A DNA stretch of 64,000 bases. Origin: Caecitellus pseudoparvulus (Eukaryota; Protista; Bigyra: Bicosoecida). Below the pieces are notes generated by a model. It ran no database searches and was not told the DNA's origin. It saw nothing but the letters and a program-made list of their open reading frames with translations. Positions 11,190 through 22,882 of this stretch are shown here, piece by piece (the first letter of the stretch is position 1; each line of letters opens with the position of its first letter). The position numbers and the translations under genes are program-made. The DNA lies in contig CBFFRQ010000042.1 in assembly GCA_965644315.1 (NCBI GenBank), positions 434,001 to 498,000 on the forward strand, written 5' to 3'.

Positions 11190-11552
11190 GAGGCTTGGCT
11201 CTTGACCGCGAGCCCGCACGAAGTGCCAATGGGCCAGATCTGCCGTGATTCTCAATGCATTGCAGCGTTAGCAGCGTGGAGGTGCAGCAGGCCTCTGGGA
11301 GTGGCATGGCATGGGCGCAGTAGCAGCGCTTACCCTGTCGCGGCGTGCCACTTGCAGGCTGACTGCGCAGCTTGCTCCCTGCAAAGGCTTGGGGGGAGCA
11401 AACCCCAACACTCCACGCAGTCAGGCACAACCAGCGTGTTTTCCAGCAAGCCTACTCGATCACCCCTGCAGAAGAGCCCTGAGCAGCTCGCTTTGCAGGT
11501 GGCTCGCCCCAGTCGCTGCGGCGTTGCGCTCCGCTGACCATCTGCAGGTGCC

Positions 11553-12844
11553 ATGGCGACGTACCCTTCCCTCGAGGTGACCTGTGTGTCAGGGCAGGGC
11601 CTGAAGAGGTCTGGCGCCTTTCTTGGATCACAGGACCCCTACGTGAAGCTCTATGTGCGTGTGCTGCTTGCGCCTGGGGAGTGGGTTGCTGCCACCAATC
11701 ACGGTGGCCCAGCCTCAACTTCCGCTGCGGGTTTCCCCGGCCCGACTCGGCCAGTCCAGGCGCAGGCCCGCTGCCTGTGCTCGGAGAACCTGCACCCATA
11801 CCCACACTTGCGCCCCTTGCTTCCAGCTTGCCGACCAGGAGTTCAAGACAAAGCCGCACAAGGGCGGCAACGACATGGCCGAGTGGGGGGATACCTGCGC
11901 TTTCGATGGCGTGAACTATGGCGACATCTTGAAGATCTCTGTACGGAACCAGAAGACCATGTCCCGCTCCATCATCGGGGAGAACGTGCTCATGATCGAC
12001 CGGTTCTTCGACGGCAAGGAGGCGGAGGAGGTCGTGCCCGTGTACGGCGACGCTGACCACCTCGTGAGTGCCTTGTGGGCAGCCATCCCGCCTCGCCCGC
12101 AGGGACGCTGCACCCCCCCTCCCCTTCGCCCGCGCGCGCGCACAGAACAAGACAGGGGAAGTGCGCCTGCGCTTCATCATGCGCCTGGGGGAGGAGGCTG
12201 CCGCCGCTGTGGCTGAGGCGTCCTCTGCGCAGAAGGCCTTCGCAGCGGCCAAGCAGGAGATGTCGGTGGAGAAGGCTGAGGCGGTGGAGGCCCTGAAGGG
12301 CGTCTCCTTCACCGGCCCCTGGGCAGGCCAGTTCGTCTTCCACGTCGTGGACCTCGGCAGTGCGGAGGTGGCAGGCATGGATGTCTCCGCCTTCAAGGGC
12401 GCTGGCGCGGGGGGAGGCGCCAGGGGGGGGGCCGCTGGTACCGGCAAGCTGCGCAGCAAGGCTGACGTCAAGCCCGGCGCCAAGGCTACCGTCGCGTTCA
12501 ACCTGGAGAAGAAGGGCGGCTCGTACTTCAAGGGGACGTCAGGGGAGTTCTCACCCTTCGGGCGGGAGGGCAACGTCACTGGCTCCCTGCAGCGCATGAA
12601 CGGCAAGGTGAACATGCAGGTGCAGCTGGTGAACACGGCGGGGGTCACCACCTCCTTCAACATGGTGGGGCAAGTCACGGCAGAAGGCGTGTACCAGGGG
12701 ACCTTCTCGGGCTGCGAGATCTCCCGCAACGCCGGCAGTGTCTCGGGCACGTTCAGGCTCGTCGCCGGGGAGGAGCCTCCCGCCGCTGCAGATGCACCCC
12801 CTGCTGAGAGCACTGCCGCAGCCGCTGCCGCAGCCGAGGGATGA
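11553..12844 (+). CDS. C2-domain protein with an uncharacterised beta-rich C-terminal domain
   Basis: C2 motifs are LEVTCVSGQGL, QDPYVKL, KTKPHKGG...W, LKISV and GEVRLR. Introns lie at 11655-11826 and 12064-12145. Confidence 0.8.
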
Positions 12845-12974
12845 TATTTTTGTGACCCTTCAAGGTGGTGCAGTGGTTTTGGCTCACCCTCACAATGCAC
12901 CCCCTGCTGTTCACGCAGCAAGTGCTCCTCTTTCGTCCTTCGTCGCTGGCTGCAATCAATTTCCGCGGCTCGCC

Positions 12975-14273
12975 ATGCCCAGAGGAACCAAGCGCCCACG
13001 GGCTCAGTCGGCCAAGAAGCTTGTCACGAACTACAAAGCGACGGTCGTCAAGTCAAGAAAACATGCACGTGTCGTTACCAGCCAGTTCCACGACCTGCAG
13101 GTGAGCAGGTGCCATGCAAGCCTGCCGCGGTGGCCTGCGAGGCACTATTCTGACCATTCCACACTGCACAGCGCAAGATGGAGCGGGCCAAACGGGCCAA
13201 GCACGCAGGCAAGGACGCGAGTGCAGAGATTTCCTCGCTGGAGAAGGAGTTTCAAGCCTTGGGCGGGCGAGCTGCGTATCAGGTGGGTGCCGTCGCTCGA
13301 CGTGCCCGTCTCTGCCCCGCGCACCTCGGCCCCACCCTGCCTGCGGCAGGAAGCGAGCGCCGTCTCAACGGCACACTTCAACAGCAGCAAGTACGTGTAT
13401 TCAGTGTTGACACACCTGGGCCTGCGCCCTGGCAAGGGGCAGCCAGCGCTGCCCCTCCTGGAGATCGGCGCCATCAACACCAGCCTTCTGCGGTGCAAGT
13501 GGCTGGCCACCACTGCCATCGACTTGCGGGCCAACGCGCCGGGCATCCAGAAGCAGGACTTCCTCACTCTGCCCGTGCCGCACACGGGCGGCGCCTTTCA
13601 AGCCATCGTGTGCAGCATGGTGCTCAACTGCGTCACGGAAGCGGCGGACAGGGGCCGCATGCTGCTACACGCGTGGCGGCACTTGCGCCGCCACGGCATC
13701 CTCCTCGTTGGACTGCCCAAGCGCTGCCTGCTCGCATCTGCGTTCTGCGACACCGGCACGTGGCTGGCCGCTGTTCGGGCGGCGGGGTTCCAGCTGGTGC
13801 ATTGCCGCCAAACGCCCAAGCTGCTCTTCTTCGCACTGCGACGACTGGATGCACCAGACCCCGCAGGCAGTGCCAGTGCGGACCAGGCACGGCCCGGGGT
13901 TAGCGCGTGGTTGACGGGCGGTCCGCACGCGCTCACGGAGCCGCCACTGCTGAGCCCAACGTGTGTCTTCCAGCGCAGCGACTTGGTGCGGGACGCGCCT
14001 CCAGCGCCGCCTAGTGCAGTGCAGGCTGCTGGCGAGGCAGCGCCTGGCGTGGACATGCAAGACTGGCCCCTGTGGCTGGTGCAGGGCGTGCAGGAAGCGG
14101 CCCACCTACTGGCAGCGCCCACGGAGAAGCTGCTGGGGAGAGTGCGGTCACCGCAGAAGTGCCTGCACCCGCGCCTGCTGCCAGCCAAGGGCGGCGACAA
14201 AGCTGAGTTCGGTGTCGCCCTGGAGGTGCAGTGGGCCCCCACAGGGGCAGGCGAGGCGGCCTACGCCAAGTAA
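12975..14273 (+). CDS. BMT2: BMT2-like 25S rRNA (adenine-N1) methyltransferase
   Basis: Contains LLEIGA, TAIDL, GIQKQDFL, SMVLNCV and RGRML, with the N-terminal VTSQFH and LGGRAAYQ-EAS after removing two introns (~13101-13171 and ~13283-13349). Confidence 0.75.
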   Translation: MPRGTKRPRAQSAKKLVTNYKATVVKSRKHARVVTSQFHDLQVSRCHASLPRWPARHYSDHSTLHSARWSGPNGPSTQARTRVQRFPRWRRSFKPWAGELRIRWVPSLDVPVSAPRTSAPPCLRQEASAVSTAHFNSSKYVYSVLTHLGLRPGKGQPALPLLEIGAINTSLLRCKWLATTAIDLRANAPGIQKQDFLTLPVPHTGGAFQAIVCSMVLNCVTEAADRGRMLLHAWRHLRRHGILLVGLPKRCLLASAFCDTGTWLAAVRAAGFQLVHCRQTPKLLFFALRRLDAPDPAGSASADQARPGVSAWLTGGPHALTEPPLLSPTCVFQRSDLVRDAPPAPPSAVQAAGEAAPGVDMQDWPLWLVQGVQEAAHLLAAPTEKLLGRVRSPQKCLHPRLLPAKGGDKAEFGVALEVQWAPTGAGEAAYAK

Positions 14274-16918
14274 ATGTACACCATCGGGTCATCCTCATCC
14301 CGTTCCAGGTAGTCACGGCCGATCAAGCTCTGGATGCGTTTCTTGATGTCTGTCGGCTGCACTTCGAAGGGCAGAGCCTGCACCACTGAACTGACAAGCT
14401 GGGAGTGAGAGAGTGTCTGCCGGCTCTTCATGATGCGCACGATGGCGGCATCCACCTTGAACTGGCGCTCCTTCACGACCCACTCCTCTGTCTCGGCGAC
14501 CTCCTTCTTGGTCTCCCGCAGCTGCAGCTGGTTGATCTTCAGGCGGGCCATCTTGGACTTGAACTCGGCGTTGTATGAAATGACGTCTGTCGGCTTCACG
14601 CTCTTGACTGCCGGCGCCTTGGTCAGCACCCGCACCTTCCCGATGACCATGCTCATCATGGCGCGTTTCGCCTCCTCCTCCGTCAAGCCAGTGCGCGCCT
14701 GCAGCTCCCTGAACGTGATGCCATCGGGCCCCGCGCCCTCCCCAGCGCCCACGCGCTGCACCTCCTCGTCATTCCACTGCAGTAGCACCAGGGCTTGGTA
14801 CAGGGACACGGACAACTCCTTGCGCCCAGACGGGAAGACGGCACGCAGGACAGCGTGTGTCAGCGCGTGCTGCCACACAAGCTTGCGCTTGTCCCCCACC
14901 TTGCCCTTGTAAAAGGCTTCAAAGGCCTCCGTGCACTGCTTCAGCTCGGGGGTCAAGATGAGCGACGGCAGCACTGGGTAGGCTGGCCAGTGCCCGCCTG
15001 TCAGCACCCGCACCTCTGACTTGATGCCCGTCGCCGCTTCGCAAGCAGAGCACTCTGCAGTGGCCTTGTACACCTCCAGCAGCTGCGCAGACGTGTCCAT
15101 GTCGGAGAACATGCCCTCCATCTTGGCGGTGAACACTGGGCCACAGTCCATCTTGAGCAGCTCCAGGAAGCCGCGCTCCAACGAGGAGGATGCTGAGCGG
15201 TCCAGCAGCAAGCGCTTGGCAAGGTCCTTGCGGTAGAATGCCTGGAAGACGTCCTTGCTGCTGCAGGCGCGGAAGAGCACCATGACCTTCTCCAGCAGGC
15301 GCTCCACCTGCTCCTCGCTCTCTGTCTTGTTGCCCACGCGCAGCTTGCCGTCGACGAACTTGGCCAGGAGTTTGGGGAAGGAGCGGGAGCGGCTGTTGAC
15401 TGCTGTTTCGAAGGCTGCCTTGACTGCTCCAGCAAATGCGGAGCTGCCGCGAAAGCTGTCCACCACGATGACGTTGCAGTCTTCCTTCAGCGCCAGCAGG
15501 CTGCTGACCAGCTCCTTCTCATTGCCGTCTTTCTCCACCAGTGCTTTGGCTGTCTCAGTCATGACACTCTGGAAGGAACGGCGGAGGTCCAGGAGGGCGT
15601 CGCTGCCCAGCCGGCTGAAAAGGGAGTGCAGCAGCGCCAGGTCTTCCCCTGCGCCTGGCCGCTTGTTCAGCACGGTGGTCATGAGGTCCACGAAGCCAGT
15701 GGCCAGCATGGTGTCCTTGTGGGCTTCCAGGCAGTGCTTGTCGATGAGCGCCGCAAGTGCCTCACAGGTGGACGTGGGCAACACCCGCCCCCCCACCTCC
15801 GCCTCGTGGCGCAGGCTACCAGCGACGTACTTGCAGTAGGCAGGCAGGGACAGGGATGCGCAGCGGCTGCTCCCCTCGCCCTTGTAGTATGCTGCAGCTT
15901 CTTCCAGGAGCTCCGGCTGCACATCAAGCGAGAAGAGGCCCACTGCCTGCTGCATGCGCACCACCACTGCGAGGGTGGCGAGGTCCACCGCCTCCCCTGT
16001 CCGGGAGGCCATGAGGGCGTCCAGCACCGCACGGGTGGTGCGTCTGCGCACGCCCTCTTCCTGCCGCCACACTTCCCCGAACTGGTGCAGGCCCATGGCC
16101 CACAGTGTGCTGTGTGGCGTGCTGGCAGCCATGTACGTCCGGTCCAAGTACATGAAGACCTGCCGGATGAGCAGCATCTGCTGCTTGTGCTGCTTCCATG
16201 CTTCTGCCACGGCTTGCAGCAAGGGTGCTCCCGTGCCTTGCACAGCAGACAGCAGGTGAACGACTTTCGCGACGTGGCTTTGGCACTTGAGCTGCAGGCG
16301 GGTGTACAGGCTCCCAGCCATCTTGTGTTTGCACATGTCCTCCACAGCCTGGTACAGTTCCTGGCGACTGTGTGCAATGGGGGAACTGGTCTGCACAGCT
16401 GAGACCAACTCAGAAAGTTTTGTCCATGACGCCTCTTCAAAGTCATCTGGCAGGCTTGGCTGGCCTGTGCAGGGGTGCGTGGTGGTGCGTGGCGTGGCAG
16501 AAGCGTGAAACGCCAGGGGCGAGCGAACATGGCAGTCAGCAGGGCGCAGGCGAAGATGCATGGCAGACACACAGGCGCCAGGCACATGCTGGCACTGTGA
16601 ACCTATCAGACAGCGCCACGGCCTGCCGCACAAAAGCTGCGTTGCCCCAGCCTCGCAGGCAAGGCATGTGCCTGCGGACTTACGTTTGAGCGCCACCGTC
16701 AGCTTTTTCCCGTTCGCCCTGCCACCACTACGCTGGCGCTTCAGGGACATGGACTTTCCCGACCCAATCATTGTACTCCTGGAATTCGCGCTGAATGTGC
16801 GTTTACCACCTCCTAAACTTGTGGAGAGCCCGGGTGCGCTGCCTGCACCCTCGTCTCGAGCGCGCTTGCTGGCGCTGACTGCGGCCTCAAGTCCTGCAGT
16901 GCGCAGGCGCTTGCTCAT
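14261..16918 (-). CDS. CUL4: Cullin-4
   Basis: Contains QELYQAVEDMCKHKM, IRQVFMYLDRTY, KDVFQAFYRKDLAKRLL, KMEGMFSDM and the neddylation motif DAAIVRIMKSR. The C-terminus is DYLERD...YIYLA. An intron lies at 16465-16683. Confidence 0.93.
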   Translation of the reverse strand: MSKRLRTAGLEAAVSASKRARDEGAGSAPGLSTSLGGGKRTFSANSRSTMIGSGKSMSLKRQRSGGRANGKKLTVALKRKSAGTCLACEAGATQLLCGRPWRCLIGSQCQHVPGACVSAMHLRLRPADCHVRSPLAFHASATPRTTTHPCTGQPSLPDDFEEASWTKLSELVSAVQTSSPIAHSRQELYQAVEDMCKHKMAGSLYTRLQLKCQSHVAKVVHLLSAVQGTGAPLLQAVAEAWKQHKQQMLLIRQVFMYLDRTYMAASTPHSTLWAMGLHQFGEVWRQEEGVRRRTTRAVLDALMASRTGEAVDLATLAVVVRMQQAVGLFSLDVQPELLEEAAAYYKGEGSSRCASLSLPAYCKYVAGSLRHEAEVGGRVLPTSTCEALAALIDKHCLEAHKDTMLATGFVDLMTTVLNKRPGAGEDLALLHSLFSRLGSDALLDLRRSFQSVMTETAKALVEKDGNEKELVSSLLALKEDCNVIVVDSFRGSSAFAGAVKAAFETAVNSRSRSFPKLLAKFVDGKLRVGNKTESEEQVERLLEKVMVLFRACSSKDVFQAFYRKDLAKRLLLDRSASSSLERGFLELLKMDCGPVFTAKMEGMFSDMDTSAQLLEVYKATAECSACEAATGIKSEVRVLTGGHWPAYPVLPSLILTPELKQCTEAFEAFYKGKVGDKRKLVWQHALTHAVLRAVFPSGRKELSVSLYQALVLLQWNDEEVQRVGAGEGAGPDGITFRELQARTGLTEEEAKRAMMSMVIGKVRVLTKAPAVKSVKPTDVISYNAEFKSKMARLKINQLQLRETKKEVAETEEWVVKERQFKVDAAIVRIMKSRQTLSHSQLVSSVVQALPFEVQPTDIKKRIQSLIGRDYLERDEDDPMVYIYLA

Positions 16919-17210
16919 ATTCTTCCCAGCCCAAGTGGCTGGAAAGTCCCACGCGCAGGCTCTCTGGCCAGCCTTGGCGCAGTCCCTCCTCGTAAGTGCG
17001 TCGCGGGCGTCGACCTGCTGCTGCCGCACCTGGTGCTTGATGAAAAGCTGCGCTGTTCACACGTCGCACAGCTGCAGTCACGGCAAAGAGGCAGAGTGGC
17101 AAAAATCCGAGGCTGCGTGCAGCATGTGCGTGACTTCTTTTGTGTTCGCAAGTCACGAGTGGTGTTGTGGGTCCGTTGTGCAGGCGGGCGGCCGGGCAGC
17201 TACGAGCAGG

Positions 17211-18416
17211 ATGGAAGTCGACTTCACCACCACCACGATGCAGGAGGTAGAGTTTCTGGTGCGTGAGGAGAGCAGGTGCAGCACGGCCAGACGTGCACCC
17301 ACCTCCACCGCCGTGCTCTTTCATCCAGACTGAAGAGGAGATCGTGGAGGTGCTCCCAAACACCAGGCTTAGCAGGCTGCATTTTATCTCCGTGCGTGCC
17401 GTTCAAATGCCGCAGCCACGCCAAGCGTCGGGCACACCACGGACGAGTGCCTCGACTTGGCGCCACGCAGGGCACGTTCGGGCCCTTCAGTCCGCAAGTT
17501 CCTGTGGGTGTTCCCCTGTGGCTGGCCCTGACCCTGAAGCAAATGGGCAAAGCCACCCTGCAGTGCCCTGCCTGGATGGCTCCAGGTGCGTGGGCTGGCA
17601 GGGCGGCGCTGCCACCTCTGTGCGTTCCAAGGCGCTGCCACCCCTCCCCCCAGATGAGCTGCGAGGAGTGCTCAGGTTTGAGCGGGACCACCAGCAGACG
17701 CTGTACAAGCTGCCTCGCCACTTCGTGGGCATCGCGACACTGCTCCTGCATGCGTACGTGTGCCGACAGCGCCACGGATGGCACGTGGTGCACAGGCCGC
17801 CATGCCCCCCTCACACCGCAGGGCTTCAGAGGACATCCCCGACGCCGAGCTCATCCGCCAGCTCATCCGGGACATCGAGGAAGTCCGCGCAGCCAAGCTC
17901 AAGGCAGGTCGTGATTCGGTCCTGCACCGGCTGGCGCAGGGGGGCAGCGGGAATCTCGTGATCCTCAAAGGCCTATCCGCGCTGGAAGCAGAGCACATTC
18001 GCCATGACTTCTTGCCCCTCCTGGACGCCCTCACCCAGCACAAGCGCGTGGGGCAAAGCGCGCAGAGCAGCGCTGCCCTGCAGGCGCGGTCTGCTACTGG
18101 CCAAGCGCAGAGTGCAGCGCGGCCCTCCTTCGCACAGGCACAAGGTGGGACGGCAGCGATGCCAGTCAGTGCGCCCAGCGGTGTGTCATCCGATTTGCGC
18201 AGTCGCTTTACATCGGCAACGGCGCCAGCCAGGGCCAGCGCAGGCGCCGGCGCAGGCGAGGGAGGGGACAGGGCAAAAGTGCGACGAGGGGCGGAGGGGC
18301 AGGGAGACGCCGCTGCAGCAGCTACAGCGGCTGCTGAGCAGCAGGAGGATGCAGGGGTCGGCGTTGCTGGGGAGCAGGGCGGCAACGTCAGGGAGGCGGA
18401 CGGCGGCGAGGGGTAG
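17211..18416 (+). CDS. PSF2: GINS complex subunit Psf2
   Basis: Spliced exons give EVEFL-EEEIVEVLPN, GTFGPF...VPLWLALTLK, PAWM and DIPDAELIRQLIRDIEEVRAAKL. Confidence 0.88.
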
Positions 18417-18510
18417 CCAATTCACTGAGCCTGGGCTTGGTATTTTTCATACAGCAGCAGTAATGCACCATCGCACGCGTGTGCAGAATTAAAGCTCTCC
18501 TTGACCAGTC

Positions 18511-19449
18511 ATGGCTCTGGCAAGGGCAACTTTCGCAGCCGTGGCGGCAGCACGGAGGGGTACGTCCAGCCTGGAGCAGCTCGATTTCCGCAACCCCGCA
18601 CTCGCACGTGCCTGGCCTTTTGCGCAGTGACCCCTGCAGTGCAAGCTGCGACTCGCAACATCCATGTGAGCAAGGCTGCTGCGGCAATCAGCGTGGAGTT
18701 CCCAGGTGTGGAGCAGGCACGGGCCAGCGACAAGTAGTGCGTGCCCCGGCCGGCTCTGCAGCTGAGGCTCGCCTTGTCACCCAGCGCTCTTGCCCTCCCT
18801 GCGGCAGTGTGAACATCATCTTCGTCAACTACAAAGGAGAGCGCAGCACACTGCGCGCTGAGATCGGCAAGACTCTCGCCCACGCTGTGGTGGACAACAA
18901 GTGGCCCTGGATGGACGGTGTGTGGCTCAGTGTGCCAATTCCGCACACCACACGGGCACGGCACTCTTCCCCCGCCTTGCATCGCAGCCCGGGCAGCAGG
19001 CGTCACCAGCAAAGCCTATGCGTATAACCCCGAGGGGGAGTGGTTTGAGCCGACCTTTGGCGAGGGTGGGTGCACCTGGCTTCGACAGCGCCCACAGGTA
19101 CCGCTCGAAGCCATCTCCTGTCCTTGTCTCACAGGTCCAATGAGCAGTGCAACACATGTGATCATTCCCCAAGATAGGTTCCACCTGTGTCCGCCCATGC
19201 AGGGTGCGGAAGCCTCTCGTCTGGCAGAGTACCCTTTCAAGGTGAGCCACGCCCAGCAAGGCGACATGTGTGTATTGCAACGCGCCACACGTCCCGACCC
19301 ACTTTGGTACACAGGAGGACATGACCGAGACAAGCCGCCTTGCAGACCAGGTCACTGTCGTGAAGGGCATGGATGGCATGGTGGTGTACGTGCCGGACCC
19401 TGAGGACACCGACGTCTCGGGCGGCAAGCTGCCCAATCACCTGGCGTAG
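18511..19449 (+). CDS. Mitochondrial adrenodoxin-fold protein lacking the [2Fe-2S] cysteines
   Basis: Six exons encode a presequence, VNIIFVNYKGER...AEIGKTL, GPMSSATHVII and TETSRLADQVTVVKGMDGMVVYVP, which is the adrenodoxin pattern with Cys replaced. Confidence 0.75.
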
Positions 19450-19504
19450 GCTCAGAATGCATCCTTGTGTCCTGGCGTAGTGTACACATGCAGGACATGC
19501 TGGG

Positions 19505-19735
19505 TCACTCCGGGGCCGGTCCCTGCAGGCCGCTGGCGTGCTCCAGCACTTCCAGCGTGGACTCTAGCGCTTCCAGACGCTGGTCCAGGGTTGCCAGCTT
19601 GCTGCGCACAGACTGGTCGAATTGGTTCAGGAAGCCGACCAGCTCTTGCACCCCTAACTTAACCACTTCCACACGCTCCCGGCGGTACCATGCAGCCGAA
19701 ACACTGAACCCTGTTGGCCGGCTGGAGCCCGACAT
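19505..19735 (-). CDS. BRK1: BRICK1/HSPC300 subunit of the SCAR/WAVE complex
   Basis: The 76-aa ORF contains W.RRE.VE...VGFLNQFDQSVRSKLATLDQRLEALESTLEVLE. Confidence 0.85.
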   Translation of the reverse strand: MSGSSRPTGFSVSAAWYRRERVEVVKLGVQELVGFLNQFDQSVRSKLATLDQRLEALESTLEVLEHASGLQGPAPE

Positions 19736-20113
19736 GACTGGCGTGCTCGTGTCGCTGCGACGGCGCTCCGGTGCTCTTCGTGAACCTCACAGGCCGCGTG
19801 ACAGGCCTTGGTGCTCTCAACTGCTACAGAGACCCAGAATTAGACCGTATGGGACAGCTTTTTCCGGCGTACAAGTCCCCTCACACGGACCTGCGATGCT
19901 GTGAGGAATGAATGCAGGAGGCGACTGCCTGGCCTTGGCTCGCAAGCAAGCAAGCGCACTCGAGGGGGGGGGCTGCGGAGTTGGCAACACAACGCCAACT
20001 GAGGTGAGGCGATATACATTTCTTGAGTGCTAAGTGCAGGCGGTGTTATGATTTCCTCCCTTCGTGATGGCGGTCGAGGCTGGCACTGCTGCAATCCTCG
20101 CAGGCTCGCCACC

Positions 20114-21311
20114 ATGCAGGCCGCTGCTCGAGCTGCAGGAAGCACAAGCCGCGCGTTGGGGTTGCTAAGGAAGTTGAACAAGCAAGATGCATCCGCTCTA
20201 CGGGATCAAGTCGGCTTCGCGTTCGACATTGATGGCGTTGTGGGTGCCGCGGTGATCGCCGGGCTTTGTGTACGAAACGCGAAACGCTGGTGGCCGCACT
20301 CGCGCGCAGCTTCTGAGGGGGGAGGGGGTCCTGGCAGGGGCGCCAGAAGCATTACAGCTCCTGCATGCATGTGGAATTCCCCACGTGTTCCTCACCAACG
20401 GTGGGGGGGTACTGGAGAGCGACAAGGCTGCCCAGCTCGCAGACGCGCTTGGAGTCCCAGTGGCGCCGGAGCAGGTCATCGTCTCGCACAGCCCCATGCG
20501 CCCGCTGGCGGAAAAGTACGCTGGCCAGAAAGTACTCGTCCTAGGCTGGCGTGATGTCAAAGGCGTGGCAGAAGCGTACGGCTTCGCGCCCGTCGTCACG
20601 GTGGACTGCCTGGCCTCGCATGACCCGACGGCGTACCCATTTATGTCGTGGCCTGACAAGCGCCTGCCCCCCAGCGTGGCTGATGCGCCCTTCGGAGCAG
20701 TGCTCATCATGCATGACCCCGTGCATTGGGCGCCCGACCTGCAGCTGGCCTTGGACGTCCTGCGAGGGGGGGACCCGCTCGGGTCTGGCACTGGCCAGGC
20801 AGTGCCACTGTACGCTTCCAACCCAGACTTTGTGTTCGCAGGGCGGCACCCAGTGCCTCGCTTCGCCCAGGGCGCCTTCACACAGACCCTTTCTTTCCTG
20901 TTCAAGCAGCTCACTGGGCAGGACCTCGCCATCACCCAGTACGGCAAGCCACATGCAGTGACCTTTGACTTCGCCCTGGAGCGGCTGCAGGCACAGGCAG
21001 GCGGCCCGCCACTGCAGCGCGTGTACATGGTGGGGGACAATCCCAAGGCGGACATTCGAGGCGCGAACTGGGCTGGGGACCCCTGGCGCAGCTTGCTGGT
21101 GTCCACCGGTGTGCACGGGGCACCTCGCGAAGCCTTCACAAGCCCAGCCTTGCAGGGCGGCTCACACCAGGAGCTTCTGCGCAGCACGCCAAGTTTGGCT
21201 ACGGATGGGGCTGGAAACGACGTGACAGACCCAGCGTCGGCAGTTGTGGCGGGTGTTTTGGATGCTGTCGTCGCTGGCTTGCAAGCGGGGGCGGTAGATG
21301 CGGAGCGGTGA
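20114..21311 (+). CDS. HAD-superfamily IIA hydrolase, CECR5/HDHD5-like
   Basis: Contains FAFDIDGV-LL (intron 20240-20309), FLTNGGG, SNPD, YGKP and MVGDNPKADIRGAN. Confidence 0.88.
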
Positions 21312-21363
21312 CAGCGCCATGTTAGATGCTGCATTTGACACCCTGCGCGGGCCATGCAGCGCT

Positions 21364-22882
21364 CTACCTCATGTTGGGGCGGTCATTGTACTTGACTCCC
21401 ACAAAGTTGGGGCCCCGCTGGGGCTGGGGGTACCTGTTGCGGGGGTTGAAGCGGTCCTCCCCCATGGGTACGTACCGCAGGCCGCGCTTGGTGGCCTCGC
21501 GCTCGAAGGTGTTCATGTAGTTGAAGGCGTTGAAGATGGCTTGGATGACGGTGTAGGGGTTCTTGTGCTTGGCGCCCGTGACCTTGGCTGAGTAGTACTT
21601 GACGCCGATGAAGTCCATGACGTGGGACAGGAGCCAGCTGGCCGTGCCGTCAAAGGCAGGCGGCCGGGATCGCATAATGCACAGGACGTTGTTCTTGCGC
21701 CCCACCAGGTCGTGCACCAGCTGCCCCTGGTACGTGGACACGTGGATGGCGTCCGCAATGCCCCGGTCGATGGCTTGCTGCACGGCCTTCTCCGCGTCGG
21801 CATGCTTGCCCACGCCGTAGCCGATGCCGCCGGCATGGTTGCCGACGAGCACCAGGGCCTGGGACGAGTTGGCAATGCCGCCGCTGGTGACGTTGGCAGT
21901 CTGCGAGATGTCCAGCACGACAGACGCCCAGTCGTGGATGGGGCGGTTGGTCACTGGCGCAGGGTCCATGAAGATGGACTTCAGGCGCCGCCGCTCCTTG
22001 TCCAGCTCCTGCTCCAGCGGCGTCATGGTGGCGTACACGGGCGAGGGTGGGCGCACGGCGCTGCCGCCGGCCTCCTCCCTCAAGTCTGCGTCGTCCCGCA
22101 TCCAGGAGGACGTCAGCCCCTCGCCGTCGCCGTACACCACCCGCCCCTCAGCCATGTCATCCATGACTGAGCGGGGAATGGAGGCAATATCGTCGCCAAA
22201 CATAGGAGACGGCATGCCCTCCTCGTCGTGCGAATCGTAGGCAGTCTCGTCCACGAGGTGCGTGCCAGCTGGCGCCTCTTCGGGCACTCGCGTGACCAGC
22301 TCGGCCATGGGGTCAGCCGAGCCAGGCGTCCGGGGTGCACCCACCGAGGGGTCTCGCAGCTTCACTGCCCGGAAAGCCAGGCTGTCGTGGCCTGTTGCTG
22401 TCAGCTTGCTCCTTGACTGTGCCAGTGCCTGTGCTGGGCTGGCATCTCCATATTCCGCAGCCCACACGGCCTTCCAGTCCTGCTCTCGCAGCGCTGCAGC
22501 GTTGGCGGCAGGGAGGTTGAACACCTTGTCAAAGTGGGCGCGAGTCACGCCCGGGTGGATGCCTGGTGCAGCCTTGCTGCTCTTCTGCCGAGCACAACCA
22601 GGCAGGCCCAGGCCAGAACTGCCAGCCGCGACGGCGGGGGCCCTGCAGCGGCGCCAGGGGAGGGTTCAGGCAAGGCACGCAATGCTGGCATGGGTGAAGC
22701 ATGTACACGTACAGGGACGAGGCAGCAATGCTCCCAGAGGCGCTCAGGGCACGGCTGGAGAGCTGTGCGGCCTGCGGACGTGCGGAATTACTCATGCTCA
22801 GGCGGCACTCAGGCGGGCGCGGTGTGCAGTCTGAACGCACCCGGTGCAGGGCAGGCTTAGCAGCTGACGTGATGCGGTGCAT
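21364..22882 (-). CDS. MRPS5: Mitochondrial ribosomal protein uS5m with long N-terminal extension
   Basis: S5 core: VTSGG...ALVLVGNHAGGIGYGVGK, AVQQAIDR and AKVTG..NPYTVIQAIF. The upstream presequence exons from ATG 22882 are inferred and less certain. Confidence 0.8.

Noticed and set aside
16465-16683. Apparent Cys/His-rich insertion in CUL4
   Set aside because: It is a stop-free 219-nt intron with a GTAAGT donor and CAG acceptor.
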